Under the pieces are notes generated by a model that was given only the letters and a program-made list of their open reading frames with translations, searched no databases and had not been told where the DNA came from. This document shows, piece after piece, positions 1-9,338 of a DNA stretch of 64,000 nucleotides. A program made the translations under genes and the position numbers. The stretch is from an uncultured Nitrospiraceae bacterium (GTDB lineage Bacteria > Hydrogenedentota > Hydrogenedentia > Hydrogenedentales > SLHB01), in the NCBI GenBank assembly GCA_964587655.1, contig CAZPMT010000014.1, positions 4,289-68,288 of the forward strand. Reading direction: 5' to 3'. Numbering within the stretch: position 1 is the stretch's first letter; each line of letters starts with the position of its first letter.

Positions 1-2230
1 CCGCCTGGACGGCCGAGAGCGACCAGGCCGGTGCCTTTTTCGGGTATTCCGTATCGATGGCGGGCGACGTGAACGGGGACGGATACGCCGACGTCATCGT
101 CGGCGCGGACGGGTACGACAACGGCCAGACGGGCGAGGGCCGGGCGTACGTCTACCTGGGCTCGGGCTCGGGCTTATCGACGACCGCCGACTGGACGGCC
201 GAGAGCGACCAGGCCGGTGCCCTTTTCGGCTTTTCCGTATCTACGGCGGGTGACGTGAACGGGGACGGGTACGCCGATGTCATTGTCGGCGCGCGCTATT
301 ACAGCAACGGCCAGTCGGGCGAAGGAGGAGCATTTGTCTGGTACGGTTCTGCAACGGGGCTGGGGCCAAATGGCAACCCCACCAACGCCGACTGGACCGC
401 GGAGAGCAACCAGGCCGACGCGTATTTCGGGCGTTCCGTATCGACGGCGGGCGACGTGAACGGCGACGGGTACGCCGATGTAATTGTCGGCGCGTTCTAC
501 TACGACAACGGCCAGACGGACGAGGGCCGGGCGTACGTCTACCTGGGCTCGGCCTCGGGCTTATCGACGAGCGCCGCCTGGACGGTCGAGAGCGACCAGG
601 CCAGTGCCTGGTTCGGGGTTTCCGTATCGACGGCGGGCGACGTCAACGGAGACGGGTACGCCGACGTCATCGTCGGCTCGTACTTCTACGACAACGGCCA
701 GACGAACGAGGGTCGGACGTACGTCTACCTGGGCTCGGCCTCGGGCCTATCGACGAGCGCCGCCTGGACGGCAGAGAGTGACCAGGCCGGTGCCTTTTTC
801 GGGTATTCCGTATCGACGGCGGGCGACGTGAACGGGGACGGGTACGCCGACGTCATCGTCGGCGCGTACACGTACGACAACGGCGAGACGAATGAGGGCC
901 GGGCCTTCGTGTATCACGGCTCGGCTTCGGGCTTATCGACGACCGCCGGCTGGACGGCCGAGAGCAACCAGGCCAGCGCCTGGTTCGGGTATTCCGTATC
1001 TACGGCGGGCGACGTGAATGGGGATGGGTACGCCGACGTAATCGTCGGCGCGAACTTGTACGACAGCGGCCAGACGGACGAGGGCCGGGCGTATGTGTAC
1101 CACGGGTCGGCCTCAGGTCTGAGCGGCACCGCTAACTGGACTGGCGAGAGCGATCAGGCCAGCGCCTGGTTCGGGGTTTCCGTGTCTACGGCGGGCGACG
1201 TGAACGGGGACGGGTACGCCGACATCATCGTCGGCGCGTACTACTACGACAACGTCGAGACGGACGAGGGCCGGGCGTATGTGTACCACGGGTCAGCTTC
1301 AGGGCTTTCCGCGACGCCAAATTGGACCGCCGAGAGCGGCCAAGCCAGCGCTTACTTCGCGAGCTCCGCGTCAACAGCGGGGGACGTGAACGGGGACGGG
1401 TACAGCGACGTCATCGTTGGCGCGTGGGCGTACGACAACGGCCAATCGGACGAGGGCCGGGCGTATGTGTACCACGGTTCGGCGTCGGGCCTGAGCGGCA
1501 CGCCCGCCTGGACCGCAGAGAGCGACCAGACCGACGCCTGGTTCGGGAATTCCGTATCGACGGCGGGCGACGTGAACGGGGACGGGTACGCCGACGTCAT
1601 TGTCGGCGCGTACCAGTACGACAACGGCGAGGTAAACGAGGGCCGGGCGTACGTCTACCTGGGCTCGGCCTCGGGCCTGAGCACCACCGCCGGCTGGACC
1701 GCCGAGAGCGACCAAGCCACCGCCTATTTCGGTGATTCTGTATCGACGGCGGGCGACGTGAACGGGGACGGGTACGCGGAGGTCATTGTCGGCGCGTTCT
1801 TCTACACCAACGGCCAGACGAACGAGGGCCGGGCCTATGTCTACCACGGTTCCGCTTCAGGCCTTTCTACTACGGCCAACTGGACCGCCGAGAGCAACCA
1901 GGGCAGTGCTCTTTTCGGGTATTCCGTATCGACGGCGGGCGACGTGAACGGGGACGGGTACGCGGACGTCATTGTCGGCGCGGAAATGTACGACAACGGC
2001 CAGACGGACGAGGGTCGAGCGTATGTATACTACGGCTCAGTGTCGGGTCTTTCTACTACGGCCAACTGGACCACCGAGAGCGACCAGGCCAGCGCATTGT
2101 TCGGCTTTTCGGTTTCGACGGCGGGGGACGTTAACGCGGACGGCTACGCGGACGTCATTGTCGGTGCGGACCAGTACGACAACGGGCAGGCGAACGAGGG
2201 CCGCGCGTTTGTGTATTACGGAAACGGCGA
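1..2230 (+). repeat. Tandem array of about 12 near-identical 186-bp units (one unit is 198 bp) that encode the FG-GAP repeats
   Basis: 'GGCGGGCGACGTGAACGGGGACGGGTACGCCGA' recurs at about 62, 248, 446, 632, 818, 1004, 1190, 1376, 1562, 1748, 1934 and 2120. Confidence 0.85.
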
Positions 2231-4820
2231 GGCGGGCCGCGGGTTGAGCCTCGACCCGCGCCAGCGCCGCAGCGACGACGCGGCCCCGATCGCCCACCTC
2301 GGCAAGAGCGACAGCCAGACCGGCGCGCGACTAGCGGCGCTGGGGCGCACGCCCTTCGGCCGGGGCAAGGTGAAACTCGAGTGCGAGGCAAAACCCCTCG
2401 GCACGCCGTTCGATGGATCCGGGACGGTGCAGACGGCCTCGTGGACGGACACCGGGACGGCCGGCGTTGAACTGAACCAACTGCTGAGTTCCTTGTCTGC
2501 CGCCACGGTGTATCACTGGCGGGTGCGCCTCCTGTACAACCCGGTGAGCACACCTTACCAACAGAAGAGCCGCTGGTTCACGATGCCGTGGAACGGCGGG
2601 ACCGAAGCGGATTTCCGCACGGCGACGGCGCCACCGAACCCACCGACGACGCCCGGAGCGAACCCGATCAATCTCACCAGCATCACTTGGACGTGGGTGG
2701 ACGCGTCGAACAACGAGATCGGGTTTAAGGTCTATGCCGATCCGGGCACTGGGCCGCCCACGACGCTCCAGACGACCACTGCGGCGGATGCGCAGTCGTG
2801 GCCGCACGGCAGTCTGTCGGTGAATACGCAGTACGCGTTCCAGGTGTCCGCGACCAACGCCGGCGGCGACAGCGCCAAGACGACCAATTACACCGACTGG
2901 ACGCTGATCGAGGCGGTGTCGGCCTTGACGTTCTCGAGCGTGGGCACGGCCAGTATCAGCGTGGCCTCAACGAACACGCCCAGCAATCTTAGCAGCGGTT
3001 CGTCCGGCCTGTATTTCGCGAACACGACGGCGAGCACGAATTCGGGCTGGCAACCGAACAACACGCCGTGGGCCTCACCCACGCTCCTGACGCCGAATAC
3101 GCAGTACGCGTTCAGCGGCAAGTCCCGTAACGGCGATTCCACGGAGACTACGGCGGCGACGGACTCGAAGTACACCCTTGCGGGACCGCCGTCGGCCGGC
3201 AACAACGTTGCCTGTGATAAGAGTACAGGCACGTTTTACCCCGCGGACACGGTGTTCGGGTTCACGAACCCGGCGGGCTTCGGCGGGAGCACCCACGGCG
3301 GCAGTGCGTATAAGGTGAGCAAGTTCAAGTACGCCTGGGATACGGTTGCAACCCACACGTTCACCGGCGCGGAGCCGGACTGGAACTCCGGGTCTGTGAA
3401 CCAGAGCCCGGGCGTGTCCGGCGATTACTATCTGCACCTGCAATCGTTCAACGCCGAGAACGTCGCGGGCGGCACGCTCGACTTCGGCCCGTTCCGTATC
3501 GATGTAGATCCGCCGAACCCCCCGAGCGTCAACGGCACAACACCAACGAACGACACCACGCCGACCTGGTCGTGGACGTCGGGCGGAGGTGGCGGCGGCG
3601 GATACCGCTATCAGCTCGACAGCAACTTAGGAACGTGGACGGAGACGACGGAGGCGTTCTACACGCCAGCCTCGGCCCTGTCCGCGGGCTCGCACAAGTT
3701 GTACGTGGAGGAACGGGACGTGGCGGGCAACTGGTCCGTGGACAGCTTCTTTGACATCTTCGTGGACCTGACACCGCCGACGGTGACCATCAATCAGGCC
3801 GGCGGCCAGCCCGATCCGACGAATGTATCGCCGATCAATTTCACGGCCGTGTTTAGTGAAGCGATCGATCCGGCGACGTTTGCCGGCACCGACGTGGCGA
3901 TCACAGGTTCGGCCGGCGGGACCAAGGTGGTGGTGCCGAGCACGACGGACAACATTACGTGGAACCTTTCGGTGACGGGCATGACTAACGGTACGGTCAT
4001 TGCCGACATCGCGGGCGCCAGGTGCAAGGATTTGGCGGGCAATGACAACGCGGCCTCGACGAGCGGCGACCACACCGTGACTTTCAACGCGACTGGTCCG
4101 ACCGTCACCATCAACCAGGCCGGGAGTCAGGTAGATCCGACAAAAACCTCGCCGATCAACTTCACGGTCGTGTTTAATACAGCGATCAATCCAGCCACGT
4201 TTACCGACGTCGACGTCAAGATCACCGGCACGGCGGGCGGGACCAAGGTGGTGGCGCCGAGCACGACGGACAACATTACGTGGAACGTTGCGGTATCGGG
4301 CATGACTGACGGCACGGTCGTTGCCGACATCGAGGCCGGCGTGTGTACGGACCCACTCGGGAATCCCAACGCCGCCTCGTCGTCCACGGACCACACCGTT
4401 ACTTATGACACGACTGCTCCGACCGTCACAATTAGTCAACCCTCGGTCTTGAGCACTGCAGGCGACCCCGTCGAGTATACGGTGACGTACGACGGCGCCG
4501 ACACGGTGAGCTTGACCGCGGATAGCGTTCATTTGATTGCCACCGGGACGGCCCGTGGAGATGTGTCCGTTTCGGATGTTAAGGCTGTGTTAACACGCGT
4601 CATCACGATTGACAACATAGAGGGCGAGGGAACCTTGACTATCACGATTGATGACGGGACATCGTGCGACGCCGCGGGCAACTGCGACCTGGGCTTTGCC
4701 GGGACTATCGAGGTTGTTAGCGTCGCGTCGGCCATGCCGGTTGCCGGCGTGCTATCGCTTGGCCTGTTGGCCGCGTGGTGTGCGCTCAGCGGGCTCCGCG
4801 CCATCAAGAGGAAGAAGTAG
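1..4820 (+). CDS. Giant cell-surface protein, 5'-partial (the reading frame continues upstream of the window). At least 12 FG-GAP/integrin-alpha-like repeats, then FN3/Ig-like domains and a tandem ~107-aa Ig-like repeat, ending in a C-terminal hydrophobic helix with an RKK tail
   Basis: Frame from nt 1 is open and in phase with ORF 57..4820. The 62-aa unit 'GDVNGDGYADVIVGA..YDNGQT.EGRAYVY.GSASGLS...WTAESDQA.A.FG.SVSTA' recurs 12 times (FG-GAP consensus: a DxNxDGxxD Ca-binding loop plus FG..GA motifs). The C-terminal half has 'PTVTINQAG..DPT..SPINFT' Ig-like repeats. It ends 'AMPVAGVLSLGLLAAWCALSGLRAIKRKK*'. Confidence 0.85.
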   Translation, partial: AWTAESDQAGAFFGYSVSMAGDVNGDGYADVIVGADGYDNGQTGEGRAYVYLGSGSGLSTTADWTAESDQAGALFGFSVSTAGDVNGDGYADVIVGARYYSNGQSGEGGAFVWYGSATGLGPNGNPTNADWTAESNQADAYFGRSVSTAGDVNGDGYADVIVGAFYYDNGQTDEGRAYVYLGSASGLSTSAAWTVESDQASAWFGVSVSTAGDVNGDGYADVIVGSYFYDNGQTNEGRTYVYLGSASGLSTSAAWTAESDQAGAFFGYSVSTAGDVNGDGYADVIVGAYTYDNGETNEGRAFVYHGSASGLSTTAGWTAESNQASAWFGYSVSTAGDVNGDGYADVIVGANLYDSGQTDEGRAYVYHGSASGLSGTANWTGESDQASAWFGVSVSTAGDVNGDGYADIIVGAYYYDNVETDEGRAYVYHGSASGLSATPNWTAESGQASAYFASSASTAGDVNGDGYSDVIVGAWAYDNGQSDEGRAYVYHGSASGLSGTPAWTAESDQTDAWFGNSVSTAGDVNGDGYADVIVGAYQYDNGEVNEGRAYVYLGSASGLSTTAGWTAESDQATAYFGDSVSTAGDVNGDGYAEVIVGAFFYTNGQTNEGRAYVYHGSASGLSTTANWTAESNQGSALFGYSVSTAGDVNGDGYADVIVGAEMYDNGQTDEGRAYVYYGSVSGLSTTANWTTESDQASALFGFSVSTAGDVNADGYADVIVGADQYDNGQANEGRAFVYYGNGEAGRGLSLDPRQRRSDDAAPIAHLGKSDSQTGARLAALGRTPFGRGKVKLECEAKPLGTPFDGSGTVQTASWTDTGTAGVELNQLLSSLSAATVYHWRVRLLYNPVSTPYQQKSRWFTMPWNGGTEADFRTATAPPNPPTTPGANPINLTSITWTWVDASNNEIGFKVYADPGTGPPTTLQTTTAADAQSWPHGSLSVNTQYAFQVSATNAGGDSAKTTNYTDWTLIEAVSALTFSSVGTASISVASTNTPSNLSSGSSGLYFANTTASTNSGWQPNNTPWASPTLLTPNTQYAFSGKSRNGDSTETTAATDSKYTLAGPPSAGNNVACDKSTGTFYPADTVFGFTNPAGFGGSTHGGSAYKVSKFKYAWDTVATHTFTGAEPDWNSGSVNQSPGVSGDYYLHLQSFNAENVAGGTLDFGPFRIDVDPPNPPSVNGTTPTNDTTPTWSWTSGGGGGGGYRYQLDSNLGTWTETTEAFYTPASALSAGSHKLYVEERDVAGNWSVDSFFDIFVDLTPPTVTINQAGGQPDPTNVSPINFTAVFSEAIDPATFAGTDVAITGSAGGTKVVVPSTTDNITWNLSVTGMTNGTVIADIAGARCKDLAGNDNAASTSGDHTVTFNATGPTVTINQAGSQVDPTKTSPINFTVVFNTAINPATFTDVDVKITGTAGGTKVVAPSTTDNITWNVAVSGMTDGTVVADIEAGVCTDPLGNPNAASSSTDHTVTYDTTAPTVTISQPSVLSTAGDPVEYTVTYDGADTVSLTADSVHLIATGTARGDVSVSDVKAVLTRVITIDNIEGEGTLTITIDDGTSCDAAGNCDLGFAGTIEVVSVASAMPVAGVLSLGLLAAWCALSGLRAIKRKK
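3774..4416 (+). repeat. Two tandem ~321-bp units encoding Ig-like repeats, followed by a diverged third unit
   Basis: 'CCGACGGTGACCATCAATCAGGCCGG...' at about 3774 and 'CCGACCGTCACCATCAACCAGGCCGG...' at about 4096. Protein repeats 'PTVTINQAGGQPDPTNVSPINFTAVF...' and 'PTVTINQAGSQVDPTKTSPINFTVVF...'. Confidence 0.7.
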
Positions 4821-4845
4821 ACACTGGATTGTCCACACCCGTATA

Positions 4846-4888
4846 CCGGGCCGCCGGTCGAGAGACCAGCGGCCCGGTCTCTTTCTGT
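4846..4888 (+). terminator. Rho-independent terminator after the surface-protein gene
   Basis: Stem CCGGGCCGCCGGTC / GACCAGCGGCCCGG (1 mismatch), loop GAGA, followed by a TCTCTTTCTGT T-rich tract, 26 nt after the stop codon. Confidence 0.5.
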
Positions 4889-5197
4889 CACGTGGTAACA
4901 GGGGATATCCGTTTACTTGACCGGGGGCGGGCGTCAAGATCATTCTTCGACTGGATGTAACCATTGAGTCAGCGGCGCATTGCCGACCGAGGGCTTCATC
5001 TACAGGTCTTGTCGTTACCCACAGTCCTTTTCGCCCCTGCATGCAGCTTCAGCGCATCCGTATCCCCACATGACTGAATCTTTGCGGGCGATGTTTGAGC
5101 CCCTGACTATACCGGTCATGTACTGAATCATAACTGCAAGATCCTTGCGAAGCGGTGGTTCTGGAGCATTTGAGAAGTAGAAGCATAGACCGTGCTC

Positions 5198-5300
5198 ATT
5201 TTCCCCCTTTGAAGGGGGTTAGGGGGATGTTGGACTGCCGACACAAACTACCGGCAAGCGCGCAAGAACATCCCCCTCACCCCCTTCAAAGGGGGAAAAT
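5198..5300. promoter_or_regulatory. Long inverted repeat (34-bp arms with 1 mismatch, 34-bp loop). Each arm also contains a small CCCCCTTTGAAGGGGG palindrome
   Basis: Left arm ATTTTCCCCCTTTGAAGGGGGTTAGGGGGATGTT at 5198-5232. Right arm AACATCCCCCTCACCCCCTTCAAAGGGGGAAAAT at 5267-5300. Lies about 170 bp upstream of the GH5-like gene. Confidence 0.6.
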
Positions 5301-5466
5301 AACATAGCTGCCACCTTTGCGATAAGTTACCAATAGGATGCTCACTACAGTGACCATGGGCTGTGTCGGCCTGATCGAGATCGTGCTTTACGCAGCGCGA
5401 TGGATTTCGTCTCGCTGGACGTGTAAGCTCGGAGGCAATTCTCAGGAACGAGAGAGGGAGGGGCCG

Positions 5467-7218
5467 ATGATCGCGCCTGTCTCGTTCATGGTGTGTGCTG
5501 CGGGCGGGAACTTGCTGCTCAATGCCGACTTTGAGAAGGGGCTTGAAGGATGGAACGTCAACAATCCAGGGGGCGGCACGGAGGGGATGGAGATCGACGG
5601 CCGTTCGGTCGCGCGGATGGTTGTGCCGGAGACGGTTCAGGCGGCTTGGCCGAATCTGTGCCAGGATGTGCCCGTCAAACCCGGGCAGTTGGTTGAGGCG
5701 CGCGCCGACGCTATGGGGAAGGGGATACGCCACGGGTACGGTGCCTACGCTTCCCTCGAGTTTCTTGATGCACGGGGGCAGCGGATCAATTTCGAGCAGT
5801 CGCCGGCGGTTTCAGGGGAAGGCGAGTGGACTCAGCTCGTGCTGCATGCGTACGCGCCGCCTGAAGCTGCGAAGGCGCGGTTGTGTCTCTTGCTCAACGG
5901 CCACGGCGAGGCCTATTTCGACAAGACGGCGCTGACGATTACTGAGCAAGCAGCGGAGCGCGCGCCTGAAGGTCCGGTTACGCTGAAGGTCACGGACGAG
6001 ACGGCGTGCGCGTCTCTCATAGGGTTCGGCGCGGAGGATGACGGCTGGTTCCACAGCGAGGAAAACGCGGCGCACGGTGTCACGCGCGAGGACTGGAGCA
6101 TACGCGAGGGACGGATCGAATGGATGGACCCGGATTGGGTTCGCATGTTTTTCTGGTACAAAGATTGGAATCCGAGCGGCGACTGGGAAACATTCGCGTT
6201 CGACACCTCCAACATGCAGAGCCACTATCGGACGCTGGACCTCTACCAACGGATCGGCGCATGCGTCAACGTTGTCGGCGTGGAATGGGGGGTAAACGAT
6301 CCGTATAAGGACCCGGTCCGCGCCGCCCGCGCCATCGGCGCGCTCTTCGAGCACCTGATCCGCGCGAAGGGCTACACGTGCGTGCGGGAATGGACACTCT
6401 CCAATGAACCGAATGGATACTTCGCGGGCGCCGGGTATGATTTCAATCGCTTTGCCGAGATCCATCGCCTCGTGAAGGAGGAGTTTAAGAAGCGGGGCCT
6501 CAATGTGCGCATTCTAGGCAGCGATGACACGAACGGCTTGCCGTGGTTCGAACAATGCGTTAGGGATGACCGGTATTTTAATCTGGCGGATTTGTTCGGC
6601 GCTCACCGGTACATCACGCACACAAGCCGCCGGCTCATGCCGTTCTTTGTTGAAGATCGGATGAAGCTGCTCGCGGGCCGGACGCCGGTGAAGCAGTTCC
6701 TGGTCGCGGAGTTCGGGTTTCAGGACAAGCGCTCGGGGACGCTCGAAAATCCGATGATGGAGGAATACCCTTACGCCGTGTGGACCGCGGCGTTCGTTAT
6801 CGACTGTCTGAACCGCGGCGTGGCCGGCGCGTCCATCTGGTGTTTGCATGAGGTGTACTATCCGGGCAACGGGTTCATGAATTACGGTCTGTGGGACTTC
6901 AAGGACAACAACTGGAAACCGCGGCCCGTGTATCACGCCTGGTCCATGTTCTCGCGGTTGACTGAGGCGGGCGACCGGGCCGTGCGATGCGTGTCGACCG
7001 CGCCGGAGTACGTCGCGGGCGCCGTCGTGAATCGGACGCTCTTTTGGGTGAACCAGAGCGAGACGCAGGCGGAGGTCGCTATCGATGGCGCAAATCCGAA
7101 CGAGGTGCGCGTCATGACGGAGGCGACGCTCTCGGGAGATCGCGAGTGCGGCGAACTCAGGCGGATCGAGAAGAGCCGCTTTATCGCACCGCCTACGAGC
7201 TTCGGTTACGCCCGTTAA
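5467..7218 (+). CDS. Glycoside hydrolase with an N-terminal CBM4/9-like (CenC-type) carbohydrate-binding module and a GH5-like (clan GH-A) catalytic domain
   Basis: N-terminus 'NADFEKGLEGWNV...' is CBM_4_9-like. The 'LSNEPNGY' NEP motif is the acid/base signature of clan GH-A families (GH5/30/39). RBS GGGAGGGG lies upstream of the ATG at 5467; the ORF-track start at 5338 is rejected. Confidence 0.6.
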   Translation: MIAPVSFMVCAAGGNLLLNADFEKGLEGWNVNNPGGGTEGMEIDGRSVARMVVPETVQAAWPNLCQDVPVKPGQLVEARADAMGKGIRHGYGAYASLEFLDARGQRINFEQSPAVSGEGEWTQLVLHAYAPPEAAKARLCLLLNGHGEAYFDKTALTITEQAAERAPEGPVTLKVTDETACASLIGFGAEDDGWFHSEENAAHGVTREDWSIREGRIEWMDPDWVRMFFWYKDWNPSGDWETFAFDTSNMQSHYRTLDLYQRIGACVNVVGVEWGVNDPYKDPVRAARAIGALFEHLIRAKGYTCVREWTLSNEPNGYFAGAGYDFNRFAEIHRLVKEEFKKRGLNVRILGSDDTNGLPWFEQCVRDDRYFNLADLFGAHRYITHTSRRLMPFFVEDRMKLLAGRTPVKQFLVAEFGFQDKRSGTLENPMMEEYPYAVWTAAFVIDCLNRGVAGASIWCLHEVYYPGNGFMNYGLWDFKDNNWKPRPVYHAWSMFSRLTEAGDRAVRCVSTAPEYVAGAVVNRTLFWVNQSETQAEVAIDGANPNEVRVMTEATLSGDRECGELRRIEKSRFIAPPTSFGYAR

Positions 7219-7274
7219 GGCGGACATGTGCTGTCGCATTCGTCCGATCTGTCCGATCCGCCGGATCCGTCCGA

Positions 7275-9239
7275 TCATCGCCCTGAATACGCCGCGTTCG
7301 TAGCGGCGTCGTCGATCAGCCCGTAATAACGGGCGCGCCAGTATGCGTCGATGAAGGCTGCCCCGCCGAGATCGCGGCGCTCGTTGCGCACGAATTGCAG
7401 CACGAGATGTCCGTCCTGCCAGGTCTCGCCGCCGTCTTTCGAGAGGTATAGTCCCGCGGGCGTCCCGGCAAACACCCAGTCCGTGTTGGCGGGAGCGAAC
7501 ACGGTCTTCGAGAGTGGAATGTCGAGGCCCGTTGCCTTCGCCTCCCAGGATTTACCGCCGTCCGTGCTTTTCAAGACGCCGCCTTCACCGGCTTTGAACT
7601 CAGCGGGCGCTTCTTTCTTGGGGAACGCGGGGAGCTTCTTTACGCGTTCCCAGTCCTTGCCGAAATCGCGATCCGATCTGTACTGCATCTTGTACGAGGC
7701 CTTCTCTCGCACGGCGTACAAGGTCTTAGGCTCGGCCGGGTCGAGCAGGATCTCGATCGCCTTGCCGCCTTCCTCCGGCACTTCGAGCTTTATCCATTTG
7801 TAGCCGCCCGTGATCGAGGCGTGGAAGCCGTCGTCGCATACGACGTAGATCATGCGTACGCGCGGGCCCGCGACGATCTTCCGTGCGGGCGAGCCGAGAG
7901 TCTCTCCGATGAAGCGCCATCCGGCGGCAGTCGCGGCGCCGTCGCGCGATTGATAGACGTCACCTTGTTCGTCAATGGCGTAGATGACCACCGGATCTTC
8001 GGCGGGCACGGCCACGCCCGTAACGGTCCGGCTGGGCCAGCCATCCGGACGCAGCAGGTTGCCTTTCCAGATGTATTCGTTGTCCCAGGCAGCGGCGTAA
8101 ACGGGATACGGCGGTTTCAGGTCCTTGCGGAGACTGCTCATGGTCGGGCGGAACATCATGTCGGTGGGCCACGTCTGCAAGGAGCAGAGCGCCTCCTTGA
8201 GCGCCTTTTCGCGGTCGGGCGCATTGGGCGTGAGGCTCATATAAATGTAGGTGAACAGGCTCTGCGCGTCGTCTTTGTGCTTGGCCCAGATCGCGTCCAA
8301 CACGACGCGGTACGCGGCCAGAAGTTCCGGGTCAGTCTCGATGCGGAAAAGGGTCTCGAGGTGGCAGATCACATGCTCGTTGTCATCGAAATCCTTGTCG
8401 GCCGTGAAGTCCTTGAGGCCCCGCACCCCGTATTGATCGATCAGTTTGTCATACATCGCCTTGAATTTAGGATCGCCGGTGGCATGATGTGCCGTCTTTG
8501 CGCCTGCTATCGCCATCATGATGCGCATATTCAGCGTCTTGCCGTTCGTGAACCCGAGGATGCTTGTGTAGGATTTCCCGTCGTAATGCATGATCTTAAG
8601 GTTGTTGTCCACCCAATATCCGACCAAGGCGTCGATGGCTTCGCGACAGCGCTCCTTCTGCTTTCCCTCCGCGGCCAAATCGTAGTACTGCCCGAGGCCG
8701 TGGGTGGAGTCGCTGTAGTTGTGGTGGCTAGGGTCGCCGCGCCAACGGAGGTCGCGATACTCGCCCGCGCCCTGTTCCCACTTGTCGTTCTTGGCATCTC
8801 CCCAGCGTTCCTCGTACGACTCGCCGTGCCCGATGGCGTAGCCGCGCGCCTGGAGTCCGCGGATCCCCGTGACGAGTTGACAGCGGTAGATCGCCTCGAA
8901 GATCTCATCCGCGCGCGCGACGGCCTTCGCGATTTCCTCCGGCGGCGCGTTGGTCTTCTTCAGGAAGGCGCAGCGATAGGATGCGCCCGCGAGATAATTG
9001 GCCGTCCAGCAGACCGCGTGCGCGATGTTGTGATTGCCGAGCGTCGAGTTGTCCACAGGCCCGCCGTCCAGCGGGAGATCGACCTGCGACGGATACAGCC
9101 CCAGGACGTTGTGGCGCTCGACGTTGTTCTTCTCAAGGATCTTCTCCTTTTCCGCAAGCGGCAGTTTCCATGATTCATCAGCGCCATAGGCCGCGCACGC
9201 CAAGCACATCGCAATAACAACGCAGATCAGTCTTCGCAT
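7275..9239 (-). CDS. Secreted protein with an N-terminal signal peptide, a large unknown domain and C-terminal BNR/Asp-box (sialidase-like) repeats
   Basis: Signal peptide 'MRRLICVVIAMCLACAAYGA'. Asp-box motifs 'STDGGKSWEA' and 'SKDGGETWQD'. GGAGG RBS 8 nt upstream of the ATG at 9239. Confidence 0.6.
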   Translation of the reverse strand: MRRLICVVIAMCLACAAYGADESWKLPLAEKEKILEKNNVERHNVLGLYPSQVDLPLDGGPVDNSTLGNHNIAHAVCWTANYLAGASYRCAFLKKTNAPPEEIAKAVARADEIFEAIYRCQLVTGIRGLQARGYAIGHGESYEERWGDAKNDKWEQGAGEYRDLRWRGDPSHHNYSDSTHGLGQYYDLAAEGKQKERCREAIDALVGYWVDNNLKIMHYDGKSYTSILGFTNGKTLNMRIMMAIAGAKTAHHATGDPKFKAMYDKLIDQYGVRGLKDFTADKDFDDNEHVICHLETLFRIETDPELLAAYRVVLDAIWAKHKDDAQSLFTYIYMSLTPNAPDREKALKEALCSLQTWPTDMMFRPTMSSLRKDLKPPYPVYAAAWDNEYIWKGNLLRPDGWPSRTVTGVAVPAEDPVVIYAIDEQGDVYQSRDGAATAAGWRFIGETLGSPARKIVAGPRVRMIYVVCDDGFHASITGGYKWIKLEVPEEGGKAIEILLDPAEPKTLYAVREKASYKMQYRSDRDFGKDWERVKKLPAFPKKEAPAEFKAGEGGVLKSTDGGKSWEAKATGLDIPLSKTVFAPANTDWVFAGTPAGLYLSKDGGETWQDGHLVLQFVRNERRDLGGAAFIDAYWRARYYGLIDDAATNAAYSGR

Positions 9240-9338
9240 GGTTGCATCCTCCCTGCGGGGACGTTGATCAATCCCCTGACTGGCCCTATCGTACGGAAGT
9301 TCGGTGGGCGGCGCAATGCGGCCGGCATGCATAATCGA

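Noticed and set aside
277-831. Short Arg/Thr-rich ORFs in alternative frames inside the FG-GAP array, and minus-strand ORFs at 914-2807.
   Set aside because: They are out-of-frame readings of the tandem repeat and repeat with the same period. The in-frame FG-GAP product is far better supported.
5338-5466. ORF-track start of the GH5-like gene 43 codons upstream of the chosen start.
   Set aside because: No RBS at 5338. GGGAGGGG lies immediately before the ATG at 5467, and the upstream residues are not part of the CBM.
7821-9173. 450-aa ORF on the + strand antisense to the BNR-protein gene. Similar long antisense ORFs occur at 10623-11684, 14093-15283, 21375-23066, 27764-28525, 35699-36958, 50176-52272 and 58568-61234.
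   Set aside because: They are Arg/Pro/Gly-rich low-complexity translations typical of the non-coding strand of high-GC genes. The opposite-strand ORFs carry recognisable domains (Der, GHKL ATPase, GH, DegT, PilQ and others).
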